The notes under the pieces were generated by a model, which saw only the letters and a program-made list of their open reading frames with translations, did not search any database and was not told the origin of the DNA. A program made the position numbers and the translations under genes. Shown here piece by piece: positions 8,489 to 18,398 of a stretch of 44,912 bases of DNA (within the stretch, counting starts at the first letter, position 1; every line of letters starts with the position of its first letter). Source of the DNA: a virus (lineage: Duplodnaviria > Caudoviricetes); IMG/VR virus record IMGVR_UViG_3300033513_000016, positions 1 to 44,912 of that record, one strand, 5' to 3'.

Positions 8489-8505
8489 CGAAGGTTGGGT
8501 AAAAG

Positions 8506-8534
8506 TTGTGACTTTTGTGAGACATAAGTATAAT
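8506..8534 (+). promoter_or_regulatory. Sigma70-like promoter for DNA polymerase
   Basis: TTGTGA-17 bp-TATAAT. Confidence 0.65.
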
Positions 8535-8555
8535 TAGGCGTATAAGGAGAAGTTA

Positions 8556-11357
8556 ATGAGCTATATTTCAGCCGTCACATCTAAGAACGGCGAAGAAGTT
8601 ACTGTTTGGGAGAGGGACGATAATGGGGAACGCGTTACTAAAATGTACCGCGCCGAATACTATTTTTATGTCGATGATCCCGATGGTGACTACCGTACCA
8701 TATATGATACTACCGTATCAAAAGTAACTTGCAAGGATGTAAAAGAATACTGTCAGCAAAGGCGCAAATACGAGAATACTGGCGTTAGAACGTGGGAAGC
8801 TGATATTCCTGCCGAACTTCGCACATTATCAAAAGAATACTACAATGCTGCAGTTCCAAAACTGCATGTTACGTTTCTGGATATTGAGGTTGATTACAAC
8901 CCATTAATCGGTTATTCGAGCATCGTTCGTCCGTATGCCCCCATTAATTCAATTTCGATATTTCACGACTGGTGCAAAAAACTTGTCACTATTGTGGTTC
9001 CACCCGTCCTGGACGGCAGTTGGACTCTGGAGAGGCTGCAGAAAGAAGTAGATAATGCCGTTCCGGGTGTACCCGTACCAAGTGATTTCGAGAAGACATA
9101 CATCATATGCGAGAATGAAGCCGAACTACTGCTTAACGTAATTGAAGAACTTCGCGACAGTGACGTGGTGAGTGGTTGGAACAGTAACGTATTCGACTTA
9201 CCGTACATCGTGCGCCGTACACTAATCACGTTGGATAAGGTCGATATTTCACTCGATACAATGATTGAAGAAGGTGACGAAGCCAACGAAAAGAAGCCAA
9301 TGCACAAGTATGTAAACGACCCGAATAGCATTATTCGTCGTTGGGGTAAGTATACGCGCATGTTGGATTTTGATGGTGATGGTATGGTGTCGTTTCGTAT
9401 TGCGCCTGCACCAAAATCTGGTAAGATCAACCACGTAGTTGACTTTGTTGGTAAGTTACCTGCCGACTATCTGGACTTGTACAAGAAGTATGAAATGTCT
9501 GAAAAGCCTTCGTACAAGTTGGCAGCTATTGAAGAAGAAGCTGACCTCAAATTGCCTAAGCTGGAATACGAAGGATCGTTGGCCAACTTGTACCGCGACA
9601 ATTTTGCATTCTTTGTACGATACAACGTCCGAGATACTGAAATTCTTCAGGGGTTTGAACGCAAACTGGGTTATGTTGGTGTTGCAAACCAGATGTTCCA
9701 CCTATCGTGTGGATTGTTCAAGCATGTGTTTGGTACATTGAAACTTGCCGAACTAGCTATTGTAAACCACTGTCACCATGAGATGGGACGAGTGGTTAAT
9801 AACTCCGATAAGCCCGATATTGACAAGTCGATTGACGGTGCATACGTACTGTTGCCACAGGTTGGACTTCACGAAAAGGTGGGATCCATCGACATTGGTT
9901 CTCTGTATCCAAACGGTATTCGAACCATCAACATCTCACCAGAAACCATTCGCGGCCAGTTTGATGGCAACGTAATGGATGCCGAAGACATTTTCTTTGA
10001 AACCTTCAAAGAACTCACCTTACGTCTTGATTCTGGCGAAGTAATTGTAAAACCAGCAAGCGAATGGAAAGAGTGGCTAAAGAGGCAAAAGTGGAGTATT
10101 TCAGGTTATGGTACTGTGTTTGACCAGTCGTATGTTGGCATTATTCCAACCATCATTACTGGTTGGATTGCCACTCGTAAGAAGTACCAAGCACTCAAGA
10201 AAGAAGCTGAAGCAAAGGGTGACGATGACTATGCTGAATATTGTGATCGTCTCCAATACGTGTTTAAGATCAAACTGAACTCATTGTATGGTGCTTTGAC
10301 GAACTTGTACTTCCGTTTCTATGACTTGAGAATGGGTGAATCTACAACTGGTACAGGTCGTATGATTCTGAAGCACCAATGTCGTAAAGTTGCTGAAGTT
10401 CTCGATGGCAACTACAACATCGACTTTCCGCTGTATGCTACAATTGACGATGCAATGGAAGCTGGCTATACCAAAAGAGAAGCTAATGAAGTGGCTTTGA
10501 ATGGCACCAAGTTTAACGGGAAGTTCCAAACAGAATCAGTCATCTATGGAGATACGGATAGTACGTACTTCCTAACACATGGCGAAACCGTCGAAGAAGC
10601 TATTCTATTCGCAAATGCCATTGCCGAAAAAGTCAACTCATCGTATCCTGAGTTCGTTCGAGCTCGTTTCCTATGTCAGCCTGGTTTTGATGACTACATT
10701 AAAGCCAACCGCGAAATTGTGTCAGATCGTGGTATCTTTGTTGACAAAAAGCGTTACATTCTGCATATTGTTGACAAAGAAGGCAAGACTGTCGATGACA
10801 TGAAAGTTATGGGTCTTGATACCAAGAAGACAACATTGCCTACTGCCGTATCAAAAAAGCTGAATGGCTTTATTGAGCGTTTTCTGAAAGGCGAAACGTG
10901 GGAAGAGTTGTCGAGGGATATTGTTAAGTATAAAGATGAACTGAAGAGTTCGAAAGATATCATGGATATTGGTCTACCAAAAGGTGTGAACAAAGTCGAT
11001 GAAGCAACAGCTGAATATGAGCGTGATTCCACGTGCAGACTTTCAGGTGGTGCATCGGCTGCAATCCATTACAATATGTGCCTCAAAGAGTATGATGACA
11101 AGGTCAGTATGGAGATTGTGTCCGGAACAAAAATCAAAGTATTCCATCTCGTACAACCTCGTGGTCGGTTCAAAACTATTGCAATTCCAACTGACATTGA
11201 AATTGTTCCACAGTGGTTTTTGGATAATTTCAAGGTCGACAAGAAAGCTCATATTGAGCGCCTAGTGGATAACCCACTGACGAACATCATTAAGGCTATT
11301 GGCAGAAAAGTGCCAACTAGACACAGCTTGATGGTCGATGACTTACTTACATTTTAA
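8556..11357 (+). CDS. Family B DNA polymerase (T4 gp43-like)
   Basis: Exo motifs FLDIE, GWNSNVFD, YNVRD. Pol motifs DIGSLYP, KIKLNSLYG, YGDTDS, KKRY. Confidence 0.96.
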   Translation: MSYISAVTSKNGEEVTVWERDDNGERVTKMYRAEYYFYVDDPDGDYRTIYDTTVSKVTCKDVKEYCQQRRKYENTGVRTWEADIPAELRTLSKEYYNAAVPKLHVTFLDIEVDYNPLIGYSSIVRPYAPINSISIFHDWCKKLVTIVVPPVLDGSWTLERLQKEVDNAVPGVPVPSDFEKTYIICENEAELLLNVIEELRDSDVVSGWNSNVFDLPYIVRRTLITLDKVDISLDTMIEEGDEANEKKPMHKYVNDPNSIIRRWGKYTRMLDFDGDGMVSFRIAPAPKSGKINHVVDFVGKLPADYLDLYKKYEMSEKPSYKLAAIEEEADLKLPKLEYEGSLANLYRDNFAFFVRYNVRDTEILQGFERKLGYVGVANQMFHLSCGLFKHVFGTLKLAELAIVNHCHHEMGRVVNNSDKPDIDKSIDGAYVLLPQVGLHEKVGSIDIGSLYPNGIRTINISPETIRGQFDGNVMDAEDIFFETFKELTLRLDSGEVIVKPASEWKEWLKRQKWSISGYGTVFDQSYVGIIPTIITGWIATRKKYQALKKEAEAKGDDDYAEYCDRLQYVFKIKLNSLYGALTNLYFRFYDLRMGESTTGTGRMILKHQCRKVAEVLDGNYNIDFPLYATIDDAMEAGYTKREANEVALNGTKFNGKFQTESVIYGDTDSTYFLTHGETVEEAILFANAIAEKVNSSYPEFVRARFLCQPGFDDYIKANREIVSDRGIFVDKKRYILHIVDKEGKTVDDMKVMGLDTKKTTLPTAVSKKLNGFIERFLKGETWEELSRDIVKYKDELKSSKDIMDIGLPKGVNKVDEATAEYERDSTCRLSGGASAAIHYNMCLKEYDDKVSMEIVSGTKIKVFHLVQPRGRFKTIAIPTDIEIVPQWFLDNFKVDKKAHIERLVDNPLTNIIKAIGRKVPTRHSLMVDDLLTF

Positions 11358-11359
11358 CC

Positions 11360-11755
11360 ATGAAACTATATACATCCTACTATGCAAGAGACGCAAAACA
11401 CCCCAATGCAGTGTCGATCAGTGCAAGTGCTCCTAATTACTTCACTGGGCGGCGAATGCCTGAGTTGGCCCCATCTTGGGATTTACTAAATGCCTACAAG
11501 GAAGGTAAGATATCGGCTGACGAATACACTGTATGGTATTTTCAGCTGCTAGAACACCGAAAACTTGATCCACATAAAGTGGTTGAAGCCTTAGGTGATG
11601 GTGCCGTAATTATGTGTTACGAAGTGCCTGGTGCATTCTGTCACCGTAAGCTGGTAGCTAAATGGATTTCTGACCTTACTGGCATTGAAGTTGTTGAACT
11701 AGCATCATTACCCACCAAACACGATAAGATTGTTGACGAACTGCTAACATTCTAG
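11360..11755 (+). CDS. DUF488-family protein
   Basis: LYTSYY, VSIS, LAPSWDLL, MCYE...FCHR signature. Confidence 0.8.
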   Translation: MKLYTSYYARDAKHPNAVSISASAPNYFTGRRMPELAPSWDLLNAYKEGKISADEYTVWYFQLLEHRKLDPHKVVEALGDGAVIMCYEVPGAFCHRKLVAKWISDLTGIEVVELASLPTKHDKIVDELLTF

Positions 11756-11761
11756 TATCGT
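11733..11761 (+). promoter_or_regulatory. Possible sigma70-like promoter for clamp gene
   Basis: TTGACG-17 bp-TATCGT. Confidence 0.45.
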
Positions 11762-11793
11762 GCCGATATAACTATAACTATAAGAGGTATCCT

Positions 11794-12528
11794 GTGAAAC
11801 TCACCCAAGAAGATCTGGCTTACATTCAATCCGTCGTTAGTACGGCTGATTCACTAAAAATCGACTCCCTCATCATCGAACCAAACATGGTTCGTGGTAT
11901 TGACGAACACCAGACCACCTTCCTGATTCAGACTCGCAACGTGCCTGAATTGTCCTGTGGTTCTATTGGTCTTAACCGTCTCAGCATCTTTACATCACGG
12001 TTAAATACAATCAAAAGCATCAATGATTTCGAAGTAGCTGTAACAATGCCACCTGAAGTTGAAGGTGTTGCACCATTTGCTCGCTCACTGACGTTTAAAG
12101 GTCCTGGAATCAAAATCGACTATCGTTGTGGTAACCCATCTCTGATGAGGGCCCCAAGAAAGATCAATGAGCCTCTTGCTTACCAAATCGAAATGTCGGC
12201 TTCCGCCATAACACTAATTCAAAAAGGACAAGCAGCTATGGCTGCTGACAATGTCTATCTCATTGGGAACGATGAAGGTGTAATGTGTCAAATGGAAGAT
12301 ATTAACAGCGACGTATTCTCATTTAAGCTCGCCGAAAAGATTCATCGTCTGGATGAAGATGATGGTAACCCCGTGAATTTTAATCATAAGTACCCTATTA
12401 AGCGACTGTTAGCATTGTTCAAGAATAACACTGACGTCAACTTCTATCTGACTCCTCGTGGTATTCTAAAAACAACGCTCAACAATTTGGAAGTATACAC
12501 ACTGCGTGATGAAGAGGATGACGACTGA
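11794..12528 (+). CDS. DNA polymerase sliding clamp (gp45/PCNA-like)
   Basis: 244 aa, MKLT start, two-domain alpha/beta pattern, position after polymerase. Confidence 0.6.
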   Translation: MKLTQEDLAYIQSVVSTADSLKIDSLIIEPNMVRGIDEHQTTFLIQTRNVPELSCGSIGLNRLSIFTSRLNTIKSINDFEVAVTMPPEVEGVAPFARSLTFKGPGIKIDYRCGNPSLMRAPRKINEPLAYQIEMSASAITLIQKGQAAMAADNVYLIGNDEGVMCQMEDINSDVFSFKLAEKIHRLDEDDGNPVNFNHKYPIKRLLALFKNNTDVNFYLTPRGILKTTLNNLEVYTLRDEEDDD

Positions 12529-12983
12529 TGTTTACAAAAGCAAAAAATTGGTGGAATAAAGAGAAAATAGCGCTAGAACAAGAACTGGTGGCCACAAAGG
12601 CAAAACTTGAACAGGTGGAAGCTGAACAGGTAGTTACAACTAATCTGCTGATAGGTACAAATGATGAACTCGCTGCCGTCCAAGCTGATTTTGCTGAAGC
12701 TCAGGCGGAGCTTGATGAAATCAAAGCAAAAGATCCACACAAGTCAATTACTCCGTGGTTCAATCTTACCACTGACGTGCTGGATCCTGTAAAAGGTTTG
12801 CAAGTTGATATGGACTGGAATGAAGCATTCATTCAACATCTTCGTGAAGCTGGCCATACTGGCAGAGACGAAGAGATCCTTGTTCAAAAATGGCTTGCGA
12901 TGCTGTACGAAGACATAATAACACAACTTGAACTAAAGATTATCGACATGCGAGATGGTCGTAAAGAAAGCGATTTTCAATGA
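12528..12983 (+). CDS. Phage hypothetical protein
   Basis: Coiled coil plus PW...DWNEAF..L..AG..G..EE..V.KW C-terminal domain. Translationally coupled on both sides. Confidence 0.75.
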   Translation: MFTKAKNWWNKEKIALEQELVATKAKLEQVEAEQVVTTNLLIGTNDELAAVQADFAEAQAELDEIKAKDPHKSITPWFNLTTDVLDPVKGLQVDMDWNEAFIQHLREAGHTGRDEEILVQKWLAMLYEDIITQLELKIIDMRDGRKESDFQ

Positions 12984-13891
12984 AATATCTGATCTTAGAC
13001 GTTTCCAATTTGCTGTACCGGAACTACTACGCCAACCAGAATGAGGACGATGAAACAGCAGCTGGTTTAGCTATGCATAGTGCTCTCGTTACTATGCACA
13101 AATACTTCAAGCAGTACAAACCACATAACACGATTATGTGCTACGATCGTTCGAGCTGGAGGAAGGATTATACTGCCAGTGAACAATGTCTGTCTAAGAA
13201 ACCATACAAAGGTAACCGTAGACAGAACATGACTCCCGCACAAGAAGCTAAGTTTATTCGCTTCAAAAACCACCTGCGTGAGTTTGAAAACCTGATCTCT
13301 AACCATACAACCATCGTTTCGCTGGCTGAAGACTCGTTAGAAGCTGATGACTTGATTGCTGGGTTTGTTCAGATTTATGAGGACGAAAGCAACGAGATTA
13401 TTGTGATTAGTGCAGATAGCGACTTGCTGCAACTTACGCGTTATCGCAACGTCAAAGTGATTTCACCAAAGGATGATAAGGAGCAATCTCTAGCAGATTA
13501 CTTCAATGATCCGCTATACTACGTATTCCAAAAGTGTGTTCGTGGGGATCCTACAGATAACGTACAGTCTGCTTTCCCACGTGTTAAATCCACGAGGATT
13601 CGTAAAGCATACGAAGATCCAGCCGAGCGTGTTCAATTCATGAAGGAATCATGGACCAATGAAACTAGCACTGAGTTTACTGTTGAAGCAATCTTCAAGG
13701 AAAACCAATTGCTAATCGACTTGGAGAAGCAACCACCTGAAATCCGTGCTAAGATTTTCGAAACCGTTGAGCGAGGAATGAGCAAGAAGCGTCAATTTTC
13801 AATGTTTCACTTCTTGCAATTCATTGGTAAACACGAGCTGAACAAAATCAAAGAACAAATGGATCAGTACCTACCGCTGCTAAGTAAGTAA
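12980..13891 (+). CDS. rnh: RNase H / 5'-3' flap exonuclease (T4 rnh-like)
   Basis: LILDVSN, YKGNR, EADDLIA, SADSDLLQL, GDPTDNV. Confidence 0.9.
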   Translation: MKYLILDVSNLLYRNYYANQNEDDETAAGLAMHSALVTMHKYFKQYKPHNTIMCYDRSSWRKDYTASEQCLSKKPYKGNRRQNMTPAQEAKFIRFKNHLREFENLISNHTTIVSLAEDSLEADDLIAGFVQIYEDESNEIIVISADSDLLQLTRYRNVKVISPKDDKEQSLADYFNDPLYYVFQKCVRGDPTDNVQSAFPRVKSTRIRKAYEDPAERVQFMKESWTNETSTEFTVEAIFKENQLLIDLEKQPPEIRAKIFETVERGMSKKRQFSMFHFLQFIGKHELNKIKEQMDQYLPLLSK

Positions 13892-14350
13892 TTACTTAGC
13901 AGGGTCGTCCTCAGATTCTGGTGCTGGTGTTGTAGCTGCTGGAGTTGGTGCATCATCTGCATCTTTCTTAGACTTAAATGCTGCCGCGACACCTACACCA
14001 CCAAGCAAGAATGTCAGATATTCACCAAAAATATCGAATGTTAGTTTGCCTGCATCCGATAGCGTAATCACAATCCAAGTACCAACAATCACACCTACCA
14101 AATAACCCATCTTGTATGGAGATGCTTTGCCTGTCTCCGTGGCAAGAATCATGTCTTCCCAAGCAACTGGATTCTTTGGATCTCTACTTGCTTTTGCAAA
14201 AAGCCAAATAAAGAATGCTAGTGTGAATAGCACAAACCATGTGGCAGAGCTAAATGGAATGGCGGAAACTGCCGACCAAAAGTCGTGAATTGATACGTGA
14301 GGTGTTGCTGTCACTGCTGATGCGGCAACAGCGCTTGCTGCGTCGTTCAT
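13892..14350 (-). CDS. Membrane protein with ~3 TM helices, holin-like candidate (DUF2644-like)
   Basis: Three hydrophobic stretches and charged C-tail. AAAGGA RBS favours the MNDAAS start. Confidence 0.55.
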   Translation of the reverse strand: MNDAASAVAASAVTATPHVSIHDFWSAVSAIPFSSATWFVLFTLAFFIWLFAKASRDPKNPVAWEDMILATETGKASPYKMGYLVGVIVGTWIVITLSDAGKLTFDIFGEYLTFLLGGVGVAAAFKSKKDADDAPTPAATTPAPESEDDPAK

Positions 14351-14396
14351 ATTATATCCTTTCATTAGGTACCTCTATTTAGTGTAAATGCTCAAA

Positions 14397-14403
14397 TAAA
14401 TAG
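14397..14403 (+). promoter_or_regulatory. Putative late promoter (ATAAATA)
   Basis: Upstream of the PAAR-like gene. Confidence 0.5.
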
Positions 14404-14422
14404 GAAGAAAAGGAGAATAATT

Positions 14423-14764
14423 ATGGCAGCAAAAGGCTTAGCAATCGTTGGCGATACTGTTCAAGGTACGTGTCCGCTGTATCATGCATTAACCCAGGGA
14501 CCTGAAAGTTTTACGGGTGTTTGGGGCTCTATCGCTATTCCAAACCGTCAGTGCACTGTTGCGGGAATTCCGCTTATTTTGATAGGTGATACCGGCCAAG
14601 CATCATGCGGACATACGTTTAGAGCATTGCATGGTGGACAAGCTACAATGCCTGGTGGAAGTGGGGTTCATCGCACTGGTGATGATATCAGTATTGTGGA
14701 AAACAATCCCAATGCAGCAGTAGGCATCACTATTGTAACGCCAAGTATCTGTACATCGAATTAA
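14423..14764 (+). CDS. PAAR-like baseplate spike tip protein (gp5.4-like)
   Basis: AIVGD, GIPLILIGD..SCGH, GVHRTGD degenerate PAAR repeats with Cys/His. Confidence 0.72.
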   Translation: MAAKGLAIVGDTVQGTCPLYHALTQGPESFTGVWGSIAIPNRQCTVAGIPLILIGDTGQASCGHTFRALHGGQATMPGGSGVHRTGDDISIVENNPNAAVGITIVTPSICTSN

Positions 14765-14837
14765 CGATAGGTCACCCCCTAATTAGTGGTTGTAAATATT
14801 TTCACGGTAATCATCAACTAATACAAGGAGAAACATT

Positions 14838-15227
14838 ATGACCGTGCAAGTTACTTACAGAAGCCAAAAATCCAGAGAATATCCACATATCGAATGGTTA
14901 GAATTGTACGGCGATGGCATGCTACACGAATGTGCAGTGATGCGTCGTGACGAATACGGCAACGTATTGTTCTTCAAGACAAACGATCTTGACGAAATCG
15001 ACAAGCGCCGTCTGGCAGGTATTCTGACCGACCGTAACGCAGGAACATTTGCTCTATGGGATCTAATGGCACAGAAGACTCTTGGAAATGGTATGAATGC
15101 TCTTGCTTATTTCCACCAGCTCGTGCGTCAATTGTCTCCAAATGGCAAAGTGGTAGATCCACGTACAGGTCAGGTTACAGGTCAAGGTGTTGCAGTTGCT
15201 GCACCAACAGAACCAGCCCAGCAGTAA
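14838..15227 (+). CDS. Phage hypothetical protein
   Basis: AAGGAG RBS, upstream GTAAATA, followed by a terminator. Confidence 0.75.
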   Translation: MTVQVTYRSQKSREYPHIEWLELYGDGMLHECAVMRRDEYGNVLFFKTNDLDEIDKRRLAGILTDRNAGTFALWDLMAQKTLGNGMNALAYFHQLVRQLSPNGKVVDPRTGQVTGQGVAVAAPTEPAQQ

Positions 15228-15248
15228 TCTGAACTAGCAGCAGAAATT

Positions 15249-15280
15249 AAAAAACCCGGCAATGCCGGGTTTTTTATTGT
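15249..15280. terminator. Bidirectional intrinsic terminator
   Basis: AAAAAACCCGGCA-A-TGCCGGGTTTTTT between convergent units. Confidence 0.92.
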
Positions 15281-15294
15281 GTGTTGTTTTTGTC

Positions 15295-16530
15295 TTAGCC
15301 TGGTGTTCTAGCCACAGAAATAGCAAGCGTATATGTAATTGCCAGAGTTCTGTTTGCGCTCTTCAGCACAGGGCTAAAGATCAAGTGAGACAGCAAACGC
15401 TCACGCTCGGTTGTTGGTGATGATGGAGCATTTTGCAGGCCTGCCGCCACACCTTGTACAGCCGTCATGATAGTGGAACCTAGTGGTGGGTTCAACGATG
15501 CAAACAAATGACGTGTATTTGGATGTGTCGAGTCACCATCAATCAATGATACGGAAGATGCATCACCAGGTGTTGTGCTTTCATACGTCAGGAAACCGTA
15601 CGTAATCTTGTTGGCAATTGTTGGGAATGTACCGTTGGTGTAGTCAGTGATAGTTACTGTAGCACCTGGCAGTGGGTTAGTACCTGTCATACCCCACGCA
15701 ACAGAACCTGTGTTAATAGCTTGGCACAAGTCACCGTATAGAATCTGACCACCCGAACCACTACCACCAGCAGCTGGTGTCGTAATGGTGATTGGAATGT
15801 TTGTGCCGGCATTGACAGAGATTGTGAATGCATATTGAGTATTTGGCAGAAGACCTGTGTCGTCCGTAGATACACGGTTACCTACGTTTACCTGCTGATA
15901 GCCGTTCGATGCAATAGCTTGCTTACCTGCAGTATACAAACCAACTTCATCAAAGATAAAGTCGCCAGTTGCATTGCCAAGGTTGGTTGTGATGTTGGAG
16001 TCTGTTACGAACTGACTTAGTGGTTCACTGCCGTTAATCACAGCCGAAATCACAACTTCCGAAATAAGACCAAGTTCGGTACTACGCACGCCTGGGCCAG
16101 ATACGTGCAATACTGCTGTAGGATCACCAGAAGGAACAGCACCACCACCTGGACGAATACCAGTGTTTGCATCGGCAGAACCTAAGTCATAGCCTAGCTG
16201 CGAGTTAAGTGTAACTTGACCTGCATTGACGATTTCAGAGTATGTTTCGTGATAGATACGGCTATCCCACGAAGCAACGTCAGGATATTGACCGTCATTC
16301 GGTGTTTTATATGTGATGTTAAATGCTGCATCAACAGTGGTACCACCATTACCAAAAGCAATACGGTTAATGAAGTAGTTGTTTTCGTTTGCTAACGCAC
16401 GGGCAAAGACCCTTGCCATGTTGGCAGGATGGATGGCGTTATCTTGGTCAACCAATACGTTGCCCAGATCATCTACAATCTTGAGGTGACCTTTGACTTG
16501 CAATGGAATGTTTGTGGTGTAATCTGACAT
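15295..16530 (-). CDS. Virion structural protein (baseplate/tail-fibre connector-like)
   Basis: KGHLKI..NAI, IAFGNGG, FDEVGL, HLIFSPVLKS pattern typical of baseplate-associated proteins. Confidence 0.65.
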   Translation of the reverse strand: MSDYTTNIPLQVKGHLKIVDDLGNVLVDQDNAIHPANMARVFARALANENNYFINRIAFGNGGTTVDAAFNITYKTPNDGQYPDVASWDSRIYHETYSEIVNAGQVTLNSQLGYDLGSADANTGIRPGGGAVPSGDPTAVLHVSGPGVRSTELGLISEVVISAVINGSEPLSQFVTDSNITTNLGNATGDFIFDEVGLYTAGKQAIASNGYQQVNVGNRVSTDDTGLLPNTQYAFTISVNAGTNIPITITTPAAGGSGSGGQILYGDLCQAINTGSVAWGMTGTNPLPGATVTITDYTNGTFPTIANKITYGFLTYESTTPGDASSVSLIDGDSTHPNTRHLFASLNPPLGSTIMTAVQGVAAGLQNAPSSPTTERERLLSHLIFSPVLKSANRTLAITYTLAISVARTPG

Positions 16531-16542
16531 TGAAATCCCCTG

Positions 16543-16764
16543 TTATTTTATCAATCTGCGCACAGACGTTGTTAGTTGTTTGATGGCATTATTGAACGCT
16601 ACTGGTTCAACCTGTGCTTTTCCTAGATCATATGCTGCAATAAGATCAGTTCCGACATTTTCAAATACAAATGTTCCCTTCGAACCTTGCACTTCAATGT
16701 CGGTCATCTGGCAGCCATTCAGTCTGAGAAATGCTGCAAGCACGATATCTGTTGTTTTGTACAT
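16543..16764 (-). CDS. DUF5659-like small protein
   Basis: YKTTDIVLAAFL...FVFE pattern. Confidence 0.65.
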   Translation of the reverse strand: MYKTTDIVLAAFLRLNGCQMTDIEVQGSKGTFVFENVGTDLIAAYDLGKAQVEPVAFNNAIKQLTTSVRRLIK

Positions 16765-16789
16765 ACTATACCTTTTTCAAAATATGGAA

Positions 16790-16796
16790 TATTTAT
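16790..16796 (-). promoter_or_regulatory. Putative late promoter (ATAAATA)
   Basis: TATTTAT on + strand upstream of 16764. Confidence 0.5.
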
Positions 16797-16827
16797 GCTA
16801 TCCTTGCCGCACCATAGGATAAACCCA

Positions 16828-18384
16828 TTACATTCCTCCAACATCGAACGGCTGGGTGTCGATGCCAGTTGGTGTGATAATATTTGCAGGAACAATGCTT
16901 GTTGTTGTGTAATCGAAGCCTTGTGCATTGTTTTCTACTACGGATGACGTCATGTAGTCTGACAGCGAAATAGTCCATTCCAACGTAAAGCGCTCGCGAA
17001 TTACTGTATCTGTAAACAGATCAGAACTCTGAGCAGGTGGACATATTGGGCTTTCCCATCCAAAGATAGGCATGTATCCTGGAGAGGTTGGTTGTTTTTG
17101 TGTCAGGATACCATCAAACTGCAGTCCTGCAGGTGTGGCAACAGGAATCTGTTCTCTTACATAAACACGGTAGTTGTTACCGTCGCGTACTGTTGAAACA
17201 ACGCCATATGTTTGGTTGTTTGGTTGTGATACAGATGATACAACGTGGACATACGATCCTGGCAAATATTGCTCAACACGGTCTATCATAAAAACACCAA
17301 CACCTACGTTACTTACGTGTACATAGTCGGTGTAATCCATTGCATATCTCTTCGTTGATATCGAAAACGTACCTATTTTGTCGGTTGGTTCGAAGAAATA
17401 CTGTGCTGTTGCACTAAGAGGAGACGGCAATGTGCTAATTGTGTTTGGACGAGGACCAACTTGTATAGCTGTTCCAACAGGCCAACTTGGACAAGCCTCA
17501 GGTGCTAGTGTCACACTCAAAGTACCATCAGCCATAACCAATGGTGTAATATATTCTTGTACGTATACTTTTGTACCAGACGATTCAGGAGCTGTGGATA
17601 CAACAGTATATTTTCCGTTGCTATCTTGTCCCGACGCAATAGTGTTGTTCGTTACGTAAATGAAATCTCCAGCATGCAAAGTTTCTGCAATAGGAGATGA
17701 TGTTGTCCAAGCGCGAGCAACCGAGTCAACAGCTGAAATCGTATATGGAGAAACTAACGTAAGTTGGCTCGCAACTTCGCTAGTTACGATAAACGCATAA
17801 TCTTTGAGTGTTGAAAATGGCACTGTACCAGATGCAGTAGCAGATGCTGGTATTCCATTCAGTACATTAACAACAGTGTTTGTGCCATTGAATGTAACAC
17901 CTGATACGGTATAAACTGTGTTTGATGCAGAATCGGCGTTGCCCATTACTGAAAATACTTCATCGTCTGAATAGTGAGCAGTGACGTTCCCAGCTAGCGT
18001 CCAAGAACCATTAGAACCTGTAACAACACCAACAATTTGATCTGATGTAACCTGTGAAGATGTTGCAGGTTCAACTAAGAAGTAGTTTTGCTGCGTTGTA
18101 TCAGTATGAGCACTAATAATACGAGATGTTAGAATCGAATCTGCTGTAGGCACTAAATCCCAATTCCAGCCCCATCCGCACTCACGAACCAAATCACGCT
18201 GGGCATTAGACAAACCTATTGCCCAAAGCCAATTGTCTGTGACTGTAGTGGTGATGTTTTCTTTATAGACGTATTCAACCAGCACATCCAAAATTTTGGT
18301 GTGGTATGGTTTTACGGCTTTAACGTATTCCACCAATCCATCTGTAGGATCTACGCGAAATAGCGACTGTATTATGTTAGGCAT
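16828..18384 (-). CDS. Virion structural protein (baseplate wedge-associated)
   Basis: EYVKAVKPYHTKI motif and beta-rich repeats. GGAG RBS favours MPNIIQ start (alternative 18399). Confidence 0.65.
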   Translation of the reverse strand: MPNIIQSLFRVDPTDGLVEYVKAVKPYHTKILDVLVEYVYKENITTTVTDNWLWAIGLSNAQRDLVRECGWGWNWDLVPTADSILTSRIISAHTDTTQQNYFLVEPATSSQVTSDQIVGVVTGSNGSWTLAGNVTAHYSDDEVFSVMGNADSASNTVYTVSGVTFNGTNTVVNVLNGIPASATASGTVPFSTLKDYAFIVTSEVASQLTLVSPYTISAVDSVARAWTTSSPIAETLHAGDFIYVTNNTIASGQDSNGKYTVVSTAPESSGTKVYVQEYITPLVMADGTLSVTLAPEACPSWPVGTAIQVGPRPNTISTLPSPLSATAQYFFEPTDKIGTFSISTKRYAMDYTDYVHVSNVGVGVFMIDRVEQYLPGSYVHVVSSVSQPNNQTYGVVSTVRDGNNYRVYVREQIPVATPAGLQFDGILTQKQPTSPGYMPIFGWESPICPPAQSSDLFTDTVIRERFTLEWTISLSDYMTSSVVENNAQGFDYTTTSIVPANIITPTGIDTQPFDVGGM

Positions 18385-18398
18385 ACTGCAATGCTCCA

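Noticed and set aside
8556-11357. Intein or intron in the DNA polymerase
   Set aside because: The ORF is continuous at normal length with all motifs present and no splice-junction motifs.
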